A DNA stretch of 64,000 bases from Mobula hypostoma (taxonomy: Eukaryota), in the NCBI RefSeq assembly GCF_963921235.1, contig NC_086097.1, positions 178,066,001 through 178,130,000 of the forward strand, read 5' to 3'. The position numbers and the translations under genes are program-made. The notes beneath the pieces were generated by a model. That model was given only the letters and a program-made list of their open reading frames with translations, had not been told where the DNA came from and ran no database searches. Positions 1-14,534 of this stretch are shown in pieces. Within the stretch, counting starts at the first letter, position 1. Each line of letters begins with the position of its first letter.

Positions 1-370
1 GCCTTGAATGTAGATTGAGTGGTGACCTGATAGAGATATACAAGATCATGAGAGGCATAAACAGGGTGAAAGCAGACAGACTTTTTCCCACAGGGATGGA
101 ACAGGAACACAAGGACTTTTACAAAGGCATGGAATTTTTAAAAAAGGACATCAGGGCAGCTTCACTCAAAGGGGGATGCGTATTTGGAATAATCTACCAA
201 AATCAGTGACTCAAGTGGGCACATTAACACATTTAAAAGCCACCTAGGCGAGTATGTGGATAAGAGAGGTTTAGAGGGTTTTGAGTCAAATAGGCAGATG
301 GGACTACCTCACTTGGCAACACAGTTGGCATGGACAAGTTGGGCTAGACTCTGCTTCCAAGATGTACGAA
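1..370 (+). mobile_element. CR1 3' fragment
   Basis: GDLIEIYKIMRGINRV (ORF 15..209). Confidence 0.8.
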
Positions 371-1329
371 TTTATATTAATCCTATTTGCCTACATTGGA
401 CCACAAGACCATAAGATATAGGACATTAGGTGTGTTACTTCCCACTGCTTGGCTATTCAAGGGATTGTCCAGATGCCTTAGGTGGTAGAAATTATGAATG
501 TACTCTCCTCTATCATCACCTTTGGCAGTAGATTCCAGATATCAACTACTGCTCAAGAATTCTTTTAAAGAAAAGTCTTAGCGTTTGAATTGAAAATTCT
601 TCTCTGTTCATGGCGGGAATCAAACCTTTACCTTTTGACAAACTCGAGTAGAAACAAAAATTATAGTGCATAGTAAACCTCGTCCTATAAATACAATCTA
701 ATAGATTTTATTACCATGTTACGGGTGAGTGAAACATATACGTCCCACAAGGAGGCAAAGAACAAAGGAGTCAAATACTTAAGATTTTTTTTTCGTTAAT
801 GTTCACCTATTGGTTATTAAGTACATGGTATCACCAAGCTCTGATTGCTTGTAATTTTATTAAAAAAATGTTATTACACTGCAGGGGAAGCTGCAGTAAT
901 TTATTCCTATTGAACATCAAAGGTAGTACTATCTAGTGGAATGTATCCTTGATCGCTGTATCATAGCTTGAAATAACGAAACAGGCAGCTGGATATTTGA
1001 GTCAATCTTAAAATATTGAGAGAGTTATCAGTGTCAAGTTATGTGCAGTTAAATTGCTGTTCTGGAAAACCATCAAGGAATTTAATCATTAAAAAGATGA
1101 GCACTAGTTATGAATGCTGGATGGAAATGATCCATAAATGCAGTCAGTAATTCTCCATCTTAATGGGATGGAATTAAGGACTTATGAAATACTAAAATGG
1201 GCTAGATGAAACAGCATCTGGTTGGTCAAAGTATGATTCCAATATATTTTGTAACGCAACATCTATAAACCAAGTATAATTGCCAAGAAGAATGGAAAGC
1301 AATTTAAATTAAAATGGCTGCTATAATTC

Positions 1330-1660
1330 CATTCTTTCTACGGCCCATTGTCCTGTATCAGATTTTTTTTCCTTCAGCCCTTTACCTTATCTACCCATCC
1401 CCTCCCAGCTTCTCACATTAGTCCCACCCACCATCCCCCCTCATCTGGTCTCACCTTTCACCTGCCAACTGTACTCCTCACCCCTCCCTCTCCCCCCATC
1501 ATCTTATTCTGTCTTCTGCCCCCTTCCTTTCCAGTCCTGATGACAGGTCTCAGCCAGAAATGTTGACTATTTATTCCCTCCATAGATACTGCCTGACCTG
1601 CTGAGTTCCTCCAGCATTTTATTTGTTGTTCAGAATTTCCAGCATCTGAGGAATCTCTTG
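1330..1660 (+). mobile_element. Degenerate Penelope 3' UTR/pLTR
   Basis: Pyrimidine-rich UTR followed by cagtcctgatgacaggtctcagccagaaatgttgact...ccagcatctgaggaatctctt. Confidence 0.7.
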
Positions 1661-4138
1661 CAGATTAATTAAAATGATTATGGTGTCAATTTACATTTAT
1701 ACTATCCATGCATCAATCATAGGCAAATGAAGTAAATAATATCACCTCTGTGCAGAATCACCACATTTAGTGTGAAAGAATTAAAGGCAACACGTCCAGA
1801 GTCCATTTCAAAATGGCTACATTTGTAATTTTATTTTAATGGTTCATATTTTATACCTCTTTTCTTTCAGCATATTAAATCAGAAGTGTGCCAAGCTCCA
1901 GCAACAAATCAAATTGGAATCAATCATGATATGTTGGAGCAACACACACACAAAATGCTGGAAGAACTTAGCAGATCAGGTTGTATCTATGGAGGAAAAT
2001 GAACACTTTACATTTCTTGACCAAGACACTTCATCAAGCATCTGTAATCTCTATGCTTGGTAAACAAGTTTTTCTAAAAGTATGAACAACTGGACGATAG
2101 AAGTAGCTTAACACCATTCATTTGATAAATGCTTAACATAGTCTGGTAAATTGACAAAGAAATCTCATTAAGTGTAAATATTGCATCCATACCTAACCAC
2201 AGGATTCATTCTCTATCACAGCATTTGAGGTAAATTGCTTTATAAACTGGATGGTTGGCTGTGTCTTCGCTTGCAGAGATCCAAAGGGAAGATTGTTTCG
2301 CCCCTTCTCCATCGCTGTAAGGTTTTTGTTTTATTTTCACCTGCACTGCATGGGTTTATAGTGAGGATCAGTGCACGTGGACTGATTCCACTCTTTAGGC
2401 CTGAGGATGTTCCACATTGGCACAGCGAACTGTGCCAACTTTAAGTTGAGCATCATAGTTTTCCTTCATCTAGACAGACTGCCTGGCAAGGCTATGACTT
2501 CCATCTACCCGGGCCTGGAATCGGAATTGTTGTCCTCCTCGGCTGGTTGCCAACCAAGGCTAATAAGCCCAGCCTGCCCGTGCAGTTATACTGCTGGACA
2601 CTCTGTCGCACCATGACACAGCAAACTCAGTAAGAATAGGGATGCCACAGCAAATTAAACACCAAATATTAGCATGCTATTAACTTTTACCTGCATTTTT
2701 AAGCATAAAAATATGCCCAAGAGGGCGAGGAAGACGCAAGAAGGACCAAAACTTGGGTAGGAAGTAGGCTTTGATGAACTTGGGACAGTGGTAAGAACAG
2801 ATTATGGGGAAGGTTCAAGTTTTTGTAGGGGTGTTAGTAGGAATGTCAGCAGTTATGATAATAGGACTTCTACATATGAAAAAACATTTCTGGAATCAAG
2901 GAACAATTATCAGTGGGGCTAGAACTGCTGCCTCACACCACAACAGCAACAACATTGCTTCAATTGCAACCTCTCATGCCATCTGCATAGTTTGCTTGGT
3001 CTCCCTGTAGCTGTGTAGGGTTTCTCTTCTGTATTCAGGTTTCTTCCCACAATGAAAGGATTGTGCTAGAAAGGTAACTGGTCACTGCAAACTAGTGCTT
3101 AGTGCTGTTAAATAGGAAATAATCCAAGTGAAGTTGATGGCTATGTGAAAGAATTAGTATCAGTGATACAGGGAAATGAGCAGCAATAGGGATTGTTTTA
3201 GAGGGCACCATCAGGTGGGCCACATGGCTTCCTTCTATATTGCAGTAAGAAAGAGGCAGTGGTGCAGATTAGGGAACTGGCCTTTCTTTTAAATGCTAAA
3301 GCGTAAAATTAGTATGTATGCAATTAGGTAACAGCAGAATGCTACGACAGGAGTGCAAGCTTAAAAAGAGGGGAAAAAAACAAACTATAGCTATTACAGC
3401 TGTGGCACGATGTTTCAAAAAGCAAACAACATGGTCACTGACATACAGCAATGCACACACAGCAACGTCAAACAAACAGCAGCGAAGGAAAAACTGGTTA
3501 TTGTGTGCAAAGGGAAACGTCCCTGTCCATTTTCTTGCATGAGAACAGTAACTGTGTTTCAAAAGTACCTGATCGGCTGCTAAGTGCCTTACAAACTTCC
3601 CAAAGTTGTTTACCACACCAAGAAATTAAAATCTTCGTCAAATAGTAGTGTAGGATCATTGAATGGAACCCTTAAGGATGGAAAAAAACTAGTAGCAGGA
3701 AACACAAAGTAGTCATATAGATTTCAAAGGGAAAGTCCCACTTGGTCAATATCAGCACATTCTTCGAAAAGGGATCAAGGATGAGACATTAGAAGATTAC
3801 TATTAAGCCTTGGACACGGCATTAAGTCAGAGATCCATGACAAGGCTCAAAAAATAGAATCAGGGGACCAATAACAAATTGGTTACAAAAAGTTGATTAC
3901 AAACAGAACACAGAGGTATAAAGGACAGTTTAAGTTCCACAAAAAGGAGAGATTTTATGTATGGAACCTCATTCAGGCAACCACTGCACCATTGGACATC
4001 TTGGATTACATAACACTCAGAGGGACTGAAGATACAGAACTGCTTTGCTGAAATAAAAACAGTGAATGCTGGGTGATTCCTGCATCTTTTGTTATTTCAC
4101 AGTTCCAGCCTTAACAGGTTTTTTTGGTTTGTGATATA

Positions 4139-5680
4139 TTCAAAGTTCAAAGTAAATTTATTATCAAAGTACACTTATGTCACCGTATACTATCCTGAGA
4201 TTCATTTTCTTGCAGGCATTCACAGTAAATAGGAAGAAACATAACAGAATCAATGAAAATCCTCACAGAACAGAGATGGACAATCAACCAATGTGCAAAA
4301 GGCAACAAATTATGCAAATACAAACAGAAAAGAGAAAATAATCCAGATAAAAAAATAAATAAGCAAAAATATCAAGAACAGGAGATGAAGATTCCTTAAA
4401 AGTGAGCCCATTGGTTGTGGGAACATTTCAATGATGGGGCAAGTGAAGCTGAGTGAAGTTATCCCCTTTGATTCAAGAGCCTGATGGCTGAGGGGTAGTA
4501 ACCCTTCCTGAACATAGTGGTGTGAGTCCCGAGGCTCCTGTACCTTCTTCCTGGTGGCAGCAGTGAGAAGAGAGCATGTCCTGGGTGCTGGCAGTCCCTG
4601 ATTCCCACAACAGCATTCCACGTAGACGGGATCAATGGTTGGGAAGGCTTTACCCATGATCAACTGGGCCACTACTTTTTGTAGGATTTTCTGTTCAAGG
4701 GCATTGGTGTTTAATATATTCTCCAGTGCACATTTATAGAAGTTTGTCAAAGTTTTAGATGTCATGCCAAATCTCCATAAACTCCTAAGCAGAGGTGCTG
4801 CTGTGCTTTCTTCATAATTGCACTTGTGTTCTGGACCAAGTCAGGTCCTCCAAAATAGTAACTCAGAGGAATTTAAAGTTGCTGACCCTCGCCACCTCTG
4901 ATCCTCTGATGAGGACTGGTTCAAGAACCTCAGGTTTCCTCTTCCCAAAGTCGATAATCAGCTCCTTGGTCTTGCTGACACTGAGCAAGAGATTGTTGTT
5001 GTGACACCACTCAGCCCAATTTCCTATCTCCCTCCTATATGCTGATTCATCACCACCTTTGATTTGGCCGACAATAGGGGCGTCATCAGCAAACTTTAAT
5101 ATAGCATTGCATCTGTACTTAGACATGCAGTCATAAGTTTAAAGTGAGTAGAGCAGGGGACTAAGCACACAGCTTTGTGGTGCACTGGTGCTGACGGAGA
5201 TTGTGGAGGAGATGTTGTTTCAGATCCAAACTGACTGGGACCTGCAAATGAGGAAATCCAGGATCCAATTGCACAAGGAGGTATTGAGGCCAAGGTCTTG
5301 GAGCCTATTGACAAGTTTTGAGGGGATGATGGTATTGAATGCTGAGCTGTAGTCGATAAGGAGCATTCTGATGTATGCATCTTTGCTGCCCAGGGCTGAG
5401 TGAAGAGCCAGTGAGGTGGCATATGCTCTGGACCTGTTGCTCCAGTAAGCAAACTGGAGCAGATCTAAGTTGCTTCTCAGGCAGGAGTTGATGTGCTTCA
5501 TCACCAACCTCTGAAAACACCTCATCACTCTGGATCTAAGTGCTATTGGATGACAAGTCATTGAGGCAGATTAGCATGTCCTGCTTGGGCACTAGTATAA
5601 AGCCTGTTTGAAGCACGTCAGTACCTCAAACTGCCAAAGTGAGAGGTTAAAAATATCAATGAACACACCAGCCACCATCA
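4139..5680 (-). mobile_element. Rex1/Babar LINE, degenerate
   Basis: ORFs 5220.., 4863.. and 4310..: [46 protein letters not shown]. Confidence 0.9.
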
Positions 5681-8600
5681 GCAGAGATACACACTACCAG
5701 GTTCAAGAACAGTTACTTCCTTTCAATCATTTGGTTCTTGAATCAGTGTGCACAAGCCTAACCACTACCTTATCATTGCAACATTATGACCATTTTGCTC
5801 GACTGTTGGGTACCTGGGTTATGACCAAAGAACAAAAAATGGCTGAAGTCGCTTAGCACTTTAGTACAAGAGTGTCAAAAATCAAACTAGCAAAAAGAAA
5901 ACAGGCAATATTTACAAAAGATATCTTTCAAAAAACAAAAATAGCTCTTTACTATTTTGACCAGTTTGAACTCCTAGCAGTCCTGATCTCTCTCTGCTAC
6001 TGAGAGTGATCAACCCTGTTTATACCAGGCACCAGGTCATACCATCTTAAATTACCCACAAAGTTAACTTAACACTACACATTAAATTAGAATATGATGC
6101 ACCCCAAAATGTAGTTACAATCATATTACAAAATAAACAGAAGTATTTACCTTGAATACAGTATACAAACATACACACATCTCTGTTACAAGGAAATGAG
6201 ATATCCTGAAGTGTATGGTGGGAAAGGCACCATAAAGGCAACCCTTTATTAGAATATACCAGCCAGAAGACATTGAAGTGCATATACTCAGCGCGACGAC
6301 AGCAGAATGACAAGGTAGTGTGTGGTGTATAACGAGTGTGTTACCGAGCACTCTCTGTCACAATTATAATGAACTTCTTTTATTCTGTGTTTTTCCTTGT
6401 ATAATTTGTATTAATGTTTTTCTTGTGCATGTTTTGTCTCTAATCTTAAGTGCCTGGGTTAGAAGAATGAGGGGTAACTGTACAGGCCTTTATAAAATCA
6501 TGAGAAGTACAAGGTGTGCAATAAATCTTTTCTCCAACATAAGATGATCCAAAACAAGGGGGTACAGATTTAGAAGGGAAAGATTTAAAAAGGACCTGAG
6601 AAGCATTTTTTTCCATGCAGAGTGTGGTGAGTAAATGGAAACAGCTGCTGAAGTGGTTGAGGCAAGTACGTTAATAACCATTAAAGAAACACTTGGATAG
6701 GCACATGGACGAGTGAGGCTTAGAGTGAAATGGACCTGTAACAGTGCTATATTGCTCTATATGATATTGCTGTAAGTAAGCTTTTCATCGTGTGTTATTA
6801 CCATCAGTACAGGAGTTTGAAGACCCACACACAACACTTTAAGAGCAGCTTCTTCCCCTTCATCAGATTTCTGAAGTCTATGAACACTACCTCATTTTGC
6901 AGTATTTAATTGTTTTTGTAACTTGAGTAATTTTCGTGACTCGCACTGTACCGCTGCCACAAAACAATAAATTTAATGACATATGTTAGTGGTAACATCC
7001 TGATTTTGATGCATGTACTTGTGCACAGACAAACTTGACTGACTTTTAGATGGCTAGATGCTTTTAAACAAAGTGAATGCACAGTAGTGAGTTGGCAAAG
7101 CTTACTCTGGAAGAGGACAACTGATTCATTTAATCTATTATGACACAGAAGGCCATTCAGCTCAACATGCCGATGTTGCCCTCAGAGCTATCTGTTCTTT
7201 TTCCGACCCATTAACTCCCAAGCCTTCTACCATGCACTACACACAAGGGGCAATTTACAGTAACCAATTAACTTCCAAACGAATATTCCTTTGGACGTAA
7301 ATCTGAGTTAGAACAGGAATAAGGGTCAGACAAATACCAGTCACTAATGAATAGTGAAAGATGTAGAACAAACACATGATTTGTTCTCAGAATACAGGAT
7401 ATTTGATTTAGATCCTGTTTGCAAAAGGCAATAAAAAAAAATGAGGCTGCGATTGAATTACTGATCTTCAAAAGCATTCTCTTCAACACAATCCCAGTAG
7501 GAAAGCTAACTGGGATAAGAGGTCATGCTAAAGCAAGTTATTCTATCCTTTGTCATCTTTGCTAAAGGTAATGGTACTTACTTTGTAGCAACCTTGCTTT
7601 TAAAAGCTCTCTGTTCCCACAACACCAACCATCCATCTGCCAATCAGGATAAAAATAATTCCAAGATTTTGGTCCCATTTCATGGTAAGGAAATAGACTG
7701 TTGGAACTAATGGTTCTCCCTTTAGATTTTGGAAAAAAAAAGCTGGTGGGGGTGGGAGAAAGAGAAGATGATCGAGGTCTTTTAAATGCTGAGGGGCATG
7801 GATAATGTAGATGTAAGCAGGTTATTTCATTTGGACTGAGCACACAGAACTAGAGGACGAATATAAAATTAGTTGGCCTTGGGCAAGAGAAGAGATTAGA
7901 AAAAAAATATATTTTTCCCACAGAGCAGTGGAAATGTGGAACAGACCTCTGGCTAAAGCAGTTAATGGTTTCTCGATTAACTCTTTCACAATGAAGAGAA
8001 TTTTCACATGGTTCAGTATTGACTGGAACTTGAGAGGGGAGCAAATGATTAGTGCTGTGCAGTTGCTCCTAAATTTATAATGCATCCAAGAATTATGATA
8101 CTGGAAGCAACTCTATTTTAAATGTTGAAAATTCAAACAAGATTTCCCTGCAGTATGCTATCCATTCAGCGATAATGTTTCATATTTCACAATTATTTCA
8201 TTTCTAAAGCTAGATAAAGAGTGACACTAGCAGGTAGATTATAGAGAGGACTGCTTTCAGTTTATAATCAGTAGAGTTGCCAATTCTCCAAGAATCTTAA
8301 GACTGACATTGAACTAAAGTTTGCTTTTTTTCATTTTCAATAAACAACTTTGTTCATTATGTAAACTATGAAGGGAGACATTGTTCTTAGATAGGTACAT
8401 GAAGGCACAGAGAATGGAGACAGAAAGCATTGAGTTAGGTAGTTAATTAGCTCTGCACAACATCGTGGGCCAAAGGACCTGTTTCTGTGCTGTACTGTTC
8501 CGTTTTCCATGTAGTCATATGATCACTCACGTGATGAAAGTTTTAGGAGGTGGTCCAATGAGAGTTGGCAGACATTTGGATTCAGATTAATATTCTGACA

Positions 8601-9679
8601 TTTGAATATTTACTGGCCATGGAGCAGAAGATAAAGAACTTAACTGTCATTGCTGAACTAATCAACGGCCAGAAGAGCAAAAGGAAGACTAAATCTGTGT
8701 AAACTAGTTCCGAGACTCTAAAGAGCTATGACAGGGCATAGGCATCCAAGAGAATCAAAAGCTGAAATGGAAAGAGTGCTTGTTAGATGAAACATTAGAC
8801 AATGGTAATTCATGCGGAAATTGAAACAGAAACATCTGTAAATAAATCAGCAGGCAATCAGTACCAAAAGTGCATGAGAGAATTCTGATTAAAGAGCTAC
8901 AAAGTAAGCAGCTAGGTTAATCTCAGACAGCAAGGCAACATCTAAGGTGACTGGTGTCTCTCTGCATGAGGTAGCAGTAAGAAGCTGGGAATGACTTTAC
9001 TGAGCCCAGTAAAATGAGTACGAATTGTCCCAAATTATAACAGCAATGAATGCTTTCGACTGACTACTATTCAGTTACCTGACCCAGAGAAGGAAGGGGG
9101 TATTAAACAAATAGGTCATTAGGAAAAAGTCATTATGTTGGCTACAGCCCATGATGTGTCAAATATTCATTTGTGGAAGGTACAGACCGAATTACTTCTT
9201 TGATCTATCCTTCATGTGAAGCAGCAGCTGGTGTAGAATTTACCACAGCAGAAGGCAAATTTATTTAAAATGAATCTTTAGCAGTTCTTTAAACAAAGGA
9301 AGGAGATAAACACACTGAGAACATGAGCAAAAGAAATCAGGTCATACAAATCCAGTTACCATGTTAGCACAAGTCTTTCTTCAAAATAGAGAACGAGGTA
9401 CACCAATTTAGTTATTTTTAGCAAAATGCTGTTCAAAACTGGTCAGAAATAGAGTGGGAATTGGAACAAAAGCTTAAAAAAAATTCACAAAAGGTCAAGT
9501 GTAAAATGAAATATTTCAATCAGACAAAGAAACTTCCTTTAATTTTGTTGGCCAATCTATTAAGTTTTGGTTAAGATATATTAACTTGAAATTAGCTTGA
9601 CTATTTCAAAGCACTGTTTTAAGAGATTCTAAGATGGACCTAGCCATGAAAACATAGACATATAAAATAAGCACAATAT

Positions 9680-12600
9680 ACACAATATCCTGAAAAGGGA
9701 GGGTGAGCAGCAAGAGATCATGGTACATATGGGTACCAACGACATACATAGAAAAAGGGAGGAGGTCCTGAAAAAAAGACCATGGGGAGTGAGGAAGGAA
9801 GCTGAGAAGCAGGACCTGAAGGGTAGAAATCTCAGGATTACTGCCTGTGCCATGTGGCAGTGAGGATAGAGTGAGATGGCAGATAAGTGCGTGGCTGAAG
9901 AATTGGAGCGGGGGTAGGGATTCAGATTTCTGGACAACTGGGACAGGTCTGACCCATACAAAAGGGATGAGTTGCACTTGATCCAACGGGTACCAATATT
10001 CTTGCGGGCAGGTTTACTACAGCTGTTGGGAGTGGTTTAAACTAATATGGCGGGGGATGGGATCCAATATGATGGAGCTGAGTCTGCAGGTTTACAAGTA
10101 GATGATGAATGTAACATGAATGTAAGGAAGGACAAGCCAATGATTGGGTACAAATGCAGACAGAGCAAAGAGTAAAATTGTACCACAGAGGGAACATTCA
10201 GAAGGGCAAATAATGCAGGACTGAAGGTGCTGTATTTATATATGCATAGCATTCGGAATAAGGTGGACAAACTCATGGCGCAATTAGAGATTGGTTGGTA
10301 TAACGTTGTGGGCATCACTGAGATGTGGCTGAAAGAAGGCCATAGTTGGTGGTGTGGCTCTGTTGGTAAGAGATGGAATTGCACCTTTAGAAAGAGGTGA
10401 CATAAGGTCAGAGAATTTTGAATCTTTTTGGGTGGAGGTGAAAAAAACATTATGGGAATCAAATAGAAGCCAAGATGTGGGGTTGAGATTGCAAAGGGAG
10501 CTGGAAAAACATGTAATATGGGTAATGACACAATTCTAATGGAGGACTTCAATATGCAAGAGGATTGGGAAAATCAGGTTGGTGTCAGATCGCAAGAGGG
10601 GGAGTTTCTTGAATATCTAGATGATGGCTTTTTAAGAGCAGCTTGCACTTGAGCCTACTTGGGGAAAGGCTATCTTAGACTGGGTGTTGTGTAATAACCC
10701 AGGTCTTATTAGGGAGCTTAATGTAAAGGAACCCTAAGGAGGCAGTGAAGACGTGATTGAATTCAGACTGCAATTTGAGAGGGAGAAGCACAAGTCACAC
10801 GTATCAGTATCACAATGGAATAAAGGGAATTACTGAGGCACGAGAGAGGAACTTGCCCAGGTAGACTGGAGGAGGATACTGGCAGGGATGATGGCAGAAC
10901 AGAGATGGCTGTAGTTTCTGGGAATAGTTCACAAGGCGCAGGATAGATATGTCCCACAGAAGAAGTTGTTCTCAAATAGCAGAAGGCGGCAATCGTGGCT
11001 GACAAAGGAAGTTGAGAAAAAGCCAAGGAAAGGGTATATAAGGTAGCAAAAGTGTGTGGGAAGTTGGATGACTGGGATGCTTTTAAAATCCAACAAAAGG
11101 CAACTAAAAAAAAAAGCCATAAGAGAAAAGACGAAATATGAGGGCAAACTAGCCAATAATATAAAGCAGAATACTAAAAGTTTTTTCAGTTATATAAAGA
11201 GTAAAAGGGAGGTGAGAGTTGACATTGGACCACTGGAAAATGATGCTGTTGATGTAGTAATCAGGGACAAAGAAATGGCAGATGAACTTGATGGGTACTT
11301 TACATCTGTTTTCACTGTGGAAGACACCAGCAGTGTGCCAGTGGCCCATGAGTGTCAGGGAGCAGGAGTGAGTGCCATTGCTATTACAAAGGAAAAAGTG
11401 CTCGGCAAACTCAGAGGTCTTAAGGTGGATCAGTCACCTGGACCAGATGGACTACATCCCAGAGTCCTGAGAGAGGTTGCTGAAGAGATAACAGATGCAT
11501 CTGATCATGATCTTTCAAGAATCACTTGATTCTGGCATGGTCCTGGAGGACTGGAAGATTGCAAATGTCACACCACTCTTTCAGAAGGGAGGAAGACAAA
11601 AGAAAGGAAATTATAGACCAGTTAGCCTAACCTCAGTGGTTGGGAAAGTGTTGGAGTCTATTATTAAGGATGAAGTTTTGAGGTATTTGGAAACTAATGA
11701 TAAAATAAGTCAAAGTCAGCATGGTTTTTGTAAAGGGAAATCTTGCCTGACAAATCTGTTAAGAGTTCTTCGAGAAAGTAACAAGCAGGATGGACAGAGG
11801 AGAGGCAGTGGATGCCATTTACTTGAATTTTCAGAAGGCATTTGATAATGTGTCACACATGAGGCTGCTTAACAAGATCAAATCCTATGGCGTTACATGA
11901 AAGATACTGGCATGGCTAGAGGAATGGCTGACAACAAGGAGGCAGTGAGTGCTTCCTTTTCTGGTTGGCTGCCAGTGACTAGTGGTGTTCCTCAGGGGTC
12001 AGTATTGGGCCCACTACTTTTCAAATTGTTTATCAATGATTTGGATAATGGAATTGATGGCTTAGTGGCAAAGCTTGCAGATGTTATGAAGATAGGGGCA
12101 GAGGTAGATAGTGCTGAGGAAGCAACGCAATCGCAGCAGGACTTAAGACAAATTGGAAGAATGGGCAAAAAAGTTGCAGATCGAATACAGTGTTGGGAAA
12201 TGTACGAAAATGCATTTTCGTAGAAGGATCAATAGTGCAGACTATTATTTAAATGGGGAGAAGGTTCAAACACTAAAGGTCCAGAAGGACTTAGGAGTCC
12301 TCATGCAAGACTCCCAGAAGGTTAATTTACAGGCTGACTCTGTGGTAAAGAAAGAAAATGCACTGTTGGCGTTCATTTCAATTTATATTCTATTTCAAGG
12401 GGAATAGAATATAAAAGCAAGGGGATACTGCTGAGGTTTGACAAGACACTAGTCAGGCCACACTTGGGGTATTGTCAACAGTTTTGGGCCCCATATCTCA
12501 GAAAGGATGTGTTGTCATTGCAGAGTGTCTAGCGGAGGTTCACCAGCATGATTCCAGGAATGAAGGGGGTTAACATATGAGAGGCGTTTGGCAGCTTTGG

Positions 12601-12965
12601 GCCTGTACTCACATGAACTTAGAAGAATGCGGGGGATCTCATTGAAACCTACTGAATATGGAGAGGATGTTTCCGATGGCGGGGGTATCCAGAACTAAAG
12701 GGGCGACATTTAGAACAGAGATAAGGAGGATTGTTTTAGCCAGAGAGTAGTGAATCTGTGGAATACTCTGCTACAGACTGCGGTAGAGGCCAAGTCCATG
12801 GGTACATTTAAGCTGGAAATTGATAGTTTCCTGATTGGTAAGGGCATCAAAAAAATATGGCAAGAAGGGAGCTGCATGGGACTGAGTGGGATCCGAGATC
12901 AGCCCTGATGGAATGGTGGAGCAGACTCAATGGCCTAACTCTGCTCCCATGTCTTATGGTCTAAG
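9680..12965 (+). mobile_element. CR1 LINE, long degenerate copy (ORF1 SGNH esterase end, ORF2 APE + RT)
   Basis: VHMGTNDI-type ORF1. ORF2 fragments SPGPDGLHPRVL, NYRPVSLTSVVGK and GVPQGSVLGPLLF. Ends in a CR1 3' tail (atgtcttatggtct). Confidence 0.92.
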
Positions 12966-13749
12966 ATGCATTTTCACAAATAACACTGTTGAGGAAGATT
13001 ACATTTGAATAACTGCAAGTTGTCAAATATTTAGGGCAGTGAACCAGCTATATTTTCAGAGAGGTCTATAATGTAAATTATAACTAATGACACCCAACAT
13101 GAACAATTCATTTCTGAAACATCTTTACTGCCATTATTCCTTCAGGAAAGCCTTGGGGTAAGCCAATGACAAAACTGGAAGAGAGGAATCGATTTCTAAA
13201 TGCCACATCAACTCCAATTTTATTCCTATCTGAGGCATACGTTGTACACTGCAAGACGAGTCTATTGTGAAGCCAACAATAGAACAAGCTAGTACCTAGA
13301 TTGAGAGCTATACAATGCAAAGGGATTCATTAATAAACCTGTTGTACAGGCTGCTTTAGAGATGAGTGACTGTAAAAAAAAAACATATATATAGTGGAAG
13401 ATGCCTGGAACAAAAAAATATAGATAGGAACACCACAAGCAGGGAATGGAGGGATATGGATTACAAGCAGACAGATGGAATTAGTTTAACTTGGCATAAA
13501 GCTGTTCAATCCAAGACTAAGGTCTGTGGATTTAAAGAAAAGAATCTGAGGGAACCAAGAACATGTCATCTGTGGCAGGCTGGTGAGCTTCATTAAAAAG
13601 GCATTATGACAATCGATAACAATTAAGGAAACAATTACTTGCTGAAGTGAAAATATAAAAGGAACAACAACCCAATTCTGGTTTTCAAAAAAGTTAAGGG
13701 CTTGTAATTGGAAAGGATGCAGAGAAATAAGCGTGGAACTGCAAGTAGA

Positions 13750-14030
13750 CCAATCGCCAAAGACTCAGGTTCAATCCTAAACTCAGGCACACTGTGCAAC
13801 AAATTTGCATGGTTATCCTGCATGGGTTTCTTCCCATGTCCCAAAGATGTGCAGGTAGGAGGGTTAATTAGTCACTCCAAATTGCCCCCAAGAGTGAGGG
13901 CAAGTAGCAGAATATGGGTGGGAGGAAATAGTTGATAAGGTGGACAAAATAAAATGGATTTGGTAGTGTTAGTGCAAATGGGTGGTTGATGCAGACTTTG
14001 TGGGCCAAAGGGCCCATTACTGTGCTGTCT
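13750..14030 (+). mobile_element. HE1-like V-SINE (degenerate). Further copies near 2900-3120, 17430-17620, 17840-17965 and 45815-45990 (+), and 20150-20380 and 25870-26160 (-)
   Basis: V-SINE core motifs ggttcaatcc...tttgca...gggtttc...ccaaagatgtgcaggt. Confidence 0.65.
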
Positions 14031-14534
14031 ATACTTTATATTTTATTGTTGCCAATTGATACTAGAACGTACAATCATCACAGCGATATTTGATTCTGTG
14101 CTTCGCACTCCCTGGATTACAAATATTAAATATTAATATTAAAAATAGTAAAAATTAGTAAATATTAAAAATCTAAATTATAAATCATAAATAGAAAATA
14201 GAAAAATGGAAAGTGAGGTAGTGCAAAAAAACCAAGAGGCAGGTCCGGATATTTGGAGGGTACGGCCCAGATCCGGGTCAGGATCCGTTCAGCAGTCTTA
14301 TCACAGTTGGAAAGAAGCTGTTCCCAAATCTGGCCACACGAGTCTTCATGCTCTAATTATATATATTAGATCCAAAGATGAAGCATTGCAAGGTTACTAA
14401 AAAAGAGGGTTCCATACATCTTTTAGAATTCACCTAAAAGGTACATGTTTGAGAGGGGAAAACAGACAAGAGTAAATTTGCAATGACCATAAAAGTGTAT
14501 TGTAAAAACTTATACATGTGAAAAGAAAAACAGA

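Noticed and set aside
2190..2340. Possible minus-strand exon with HPVYKAIYLK
   Set aside because: Only a weak echo of LYKAFLK, a poor acceptor, and no other conserved residues.
7268..7414. Strong acceptor (ttttttttattgccttttgcaaacag) with a phase-0 48-aa frame as a possible TAF4B last exon
   Set aside because: No resemblance to the TAF4 C-terminal domain, and it ends in SINE-like sequence.
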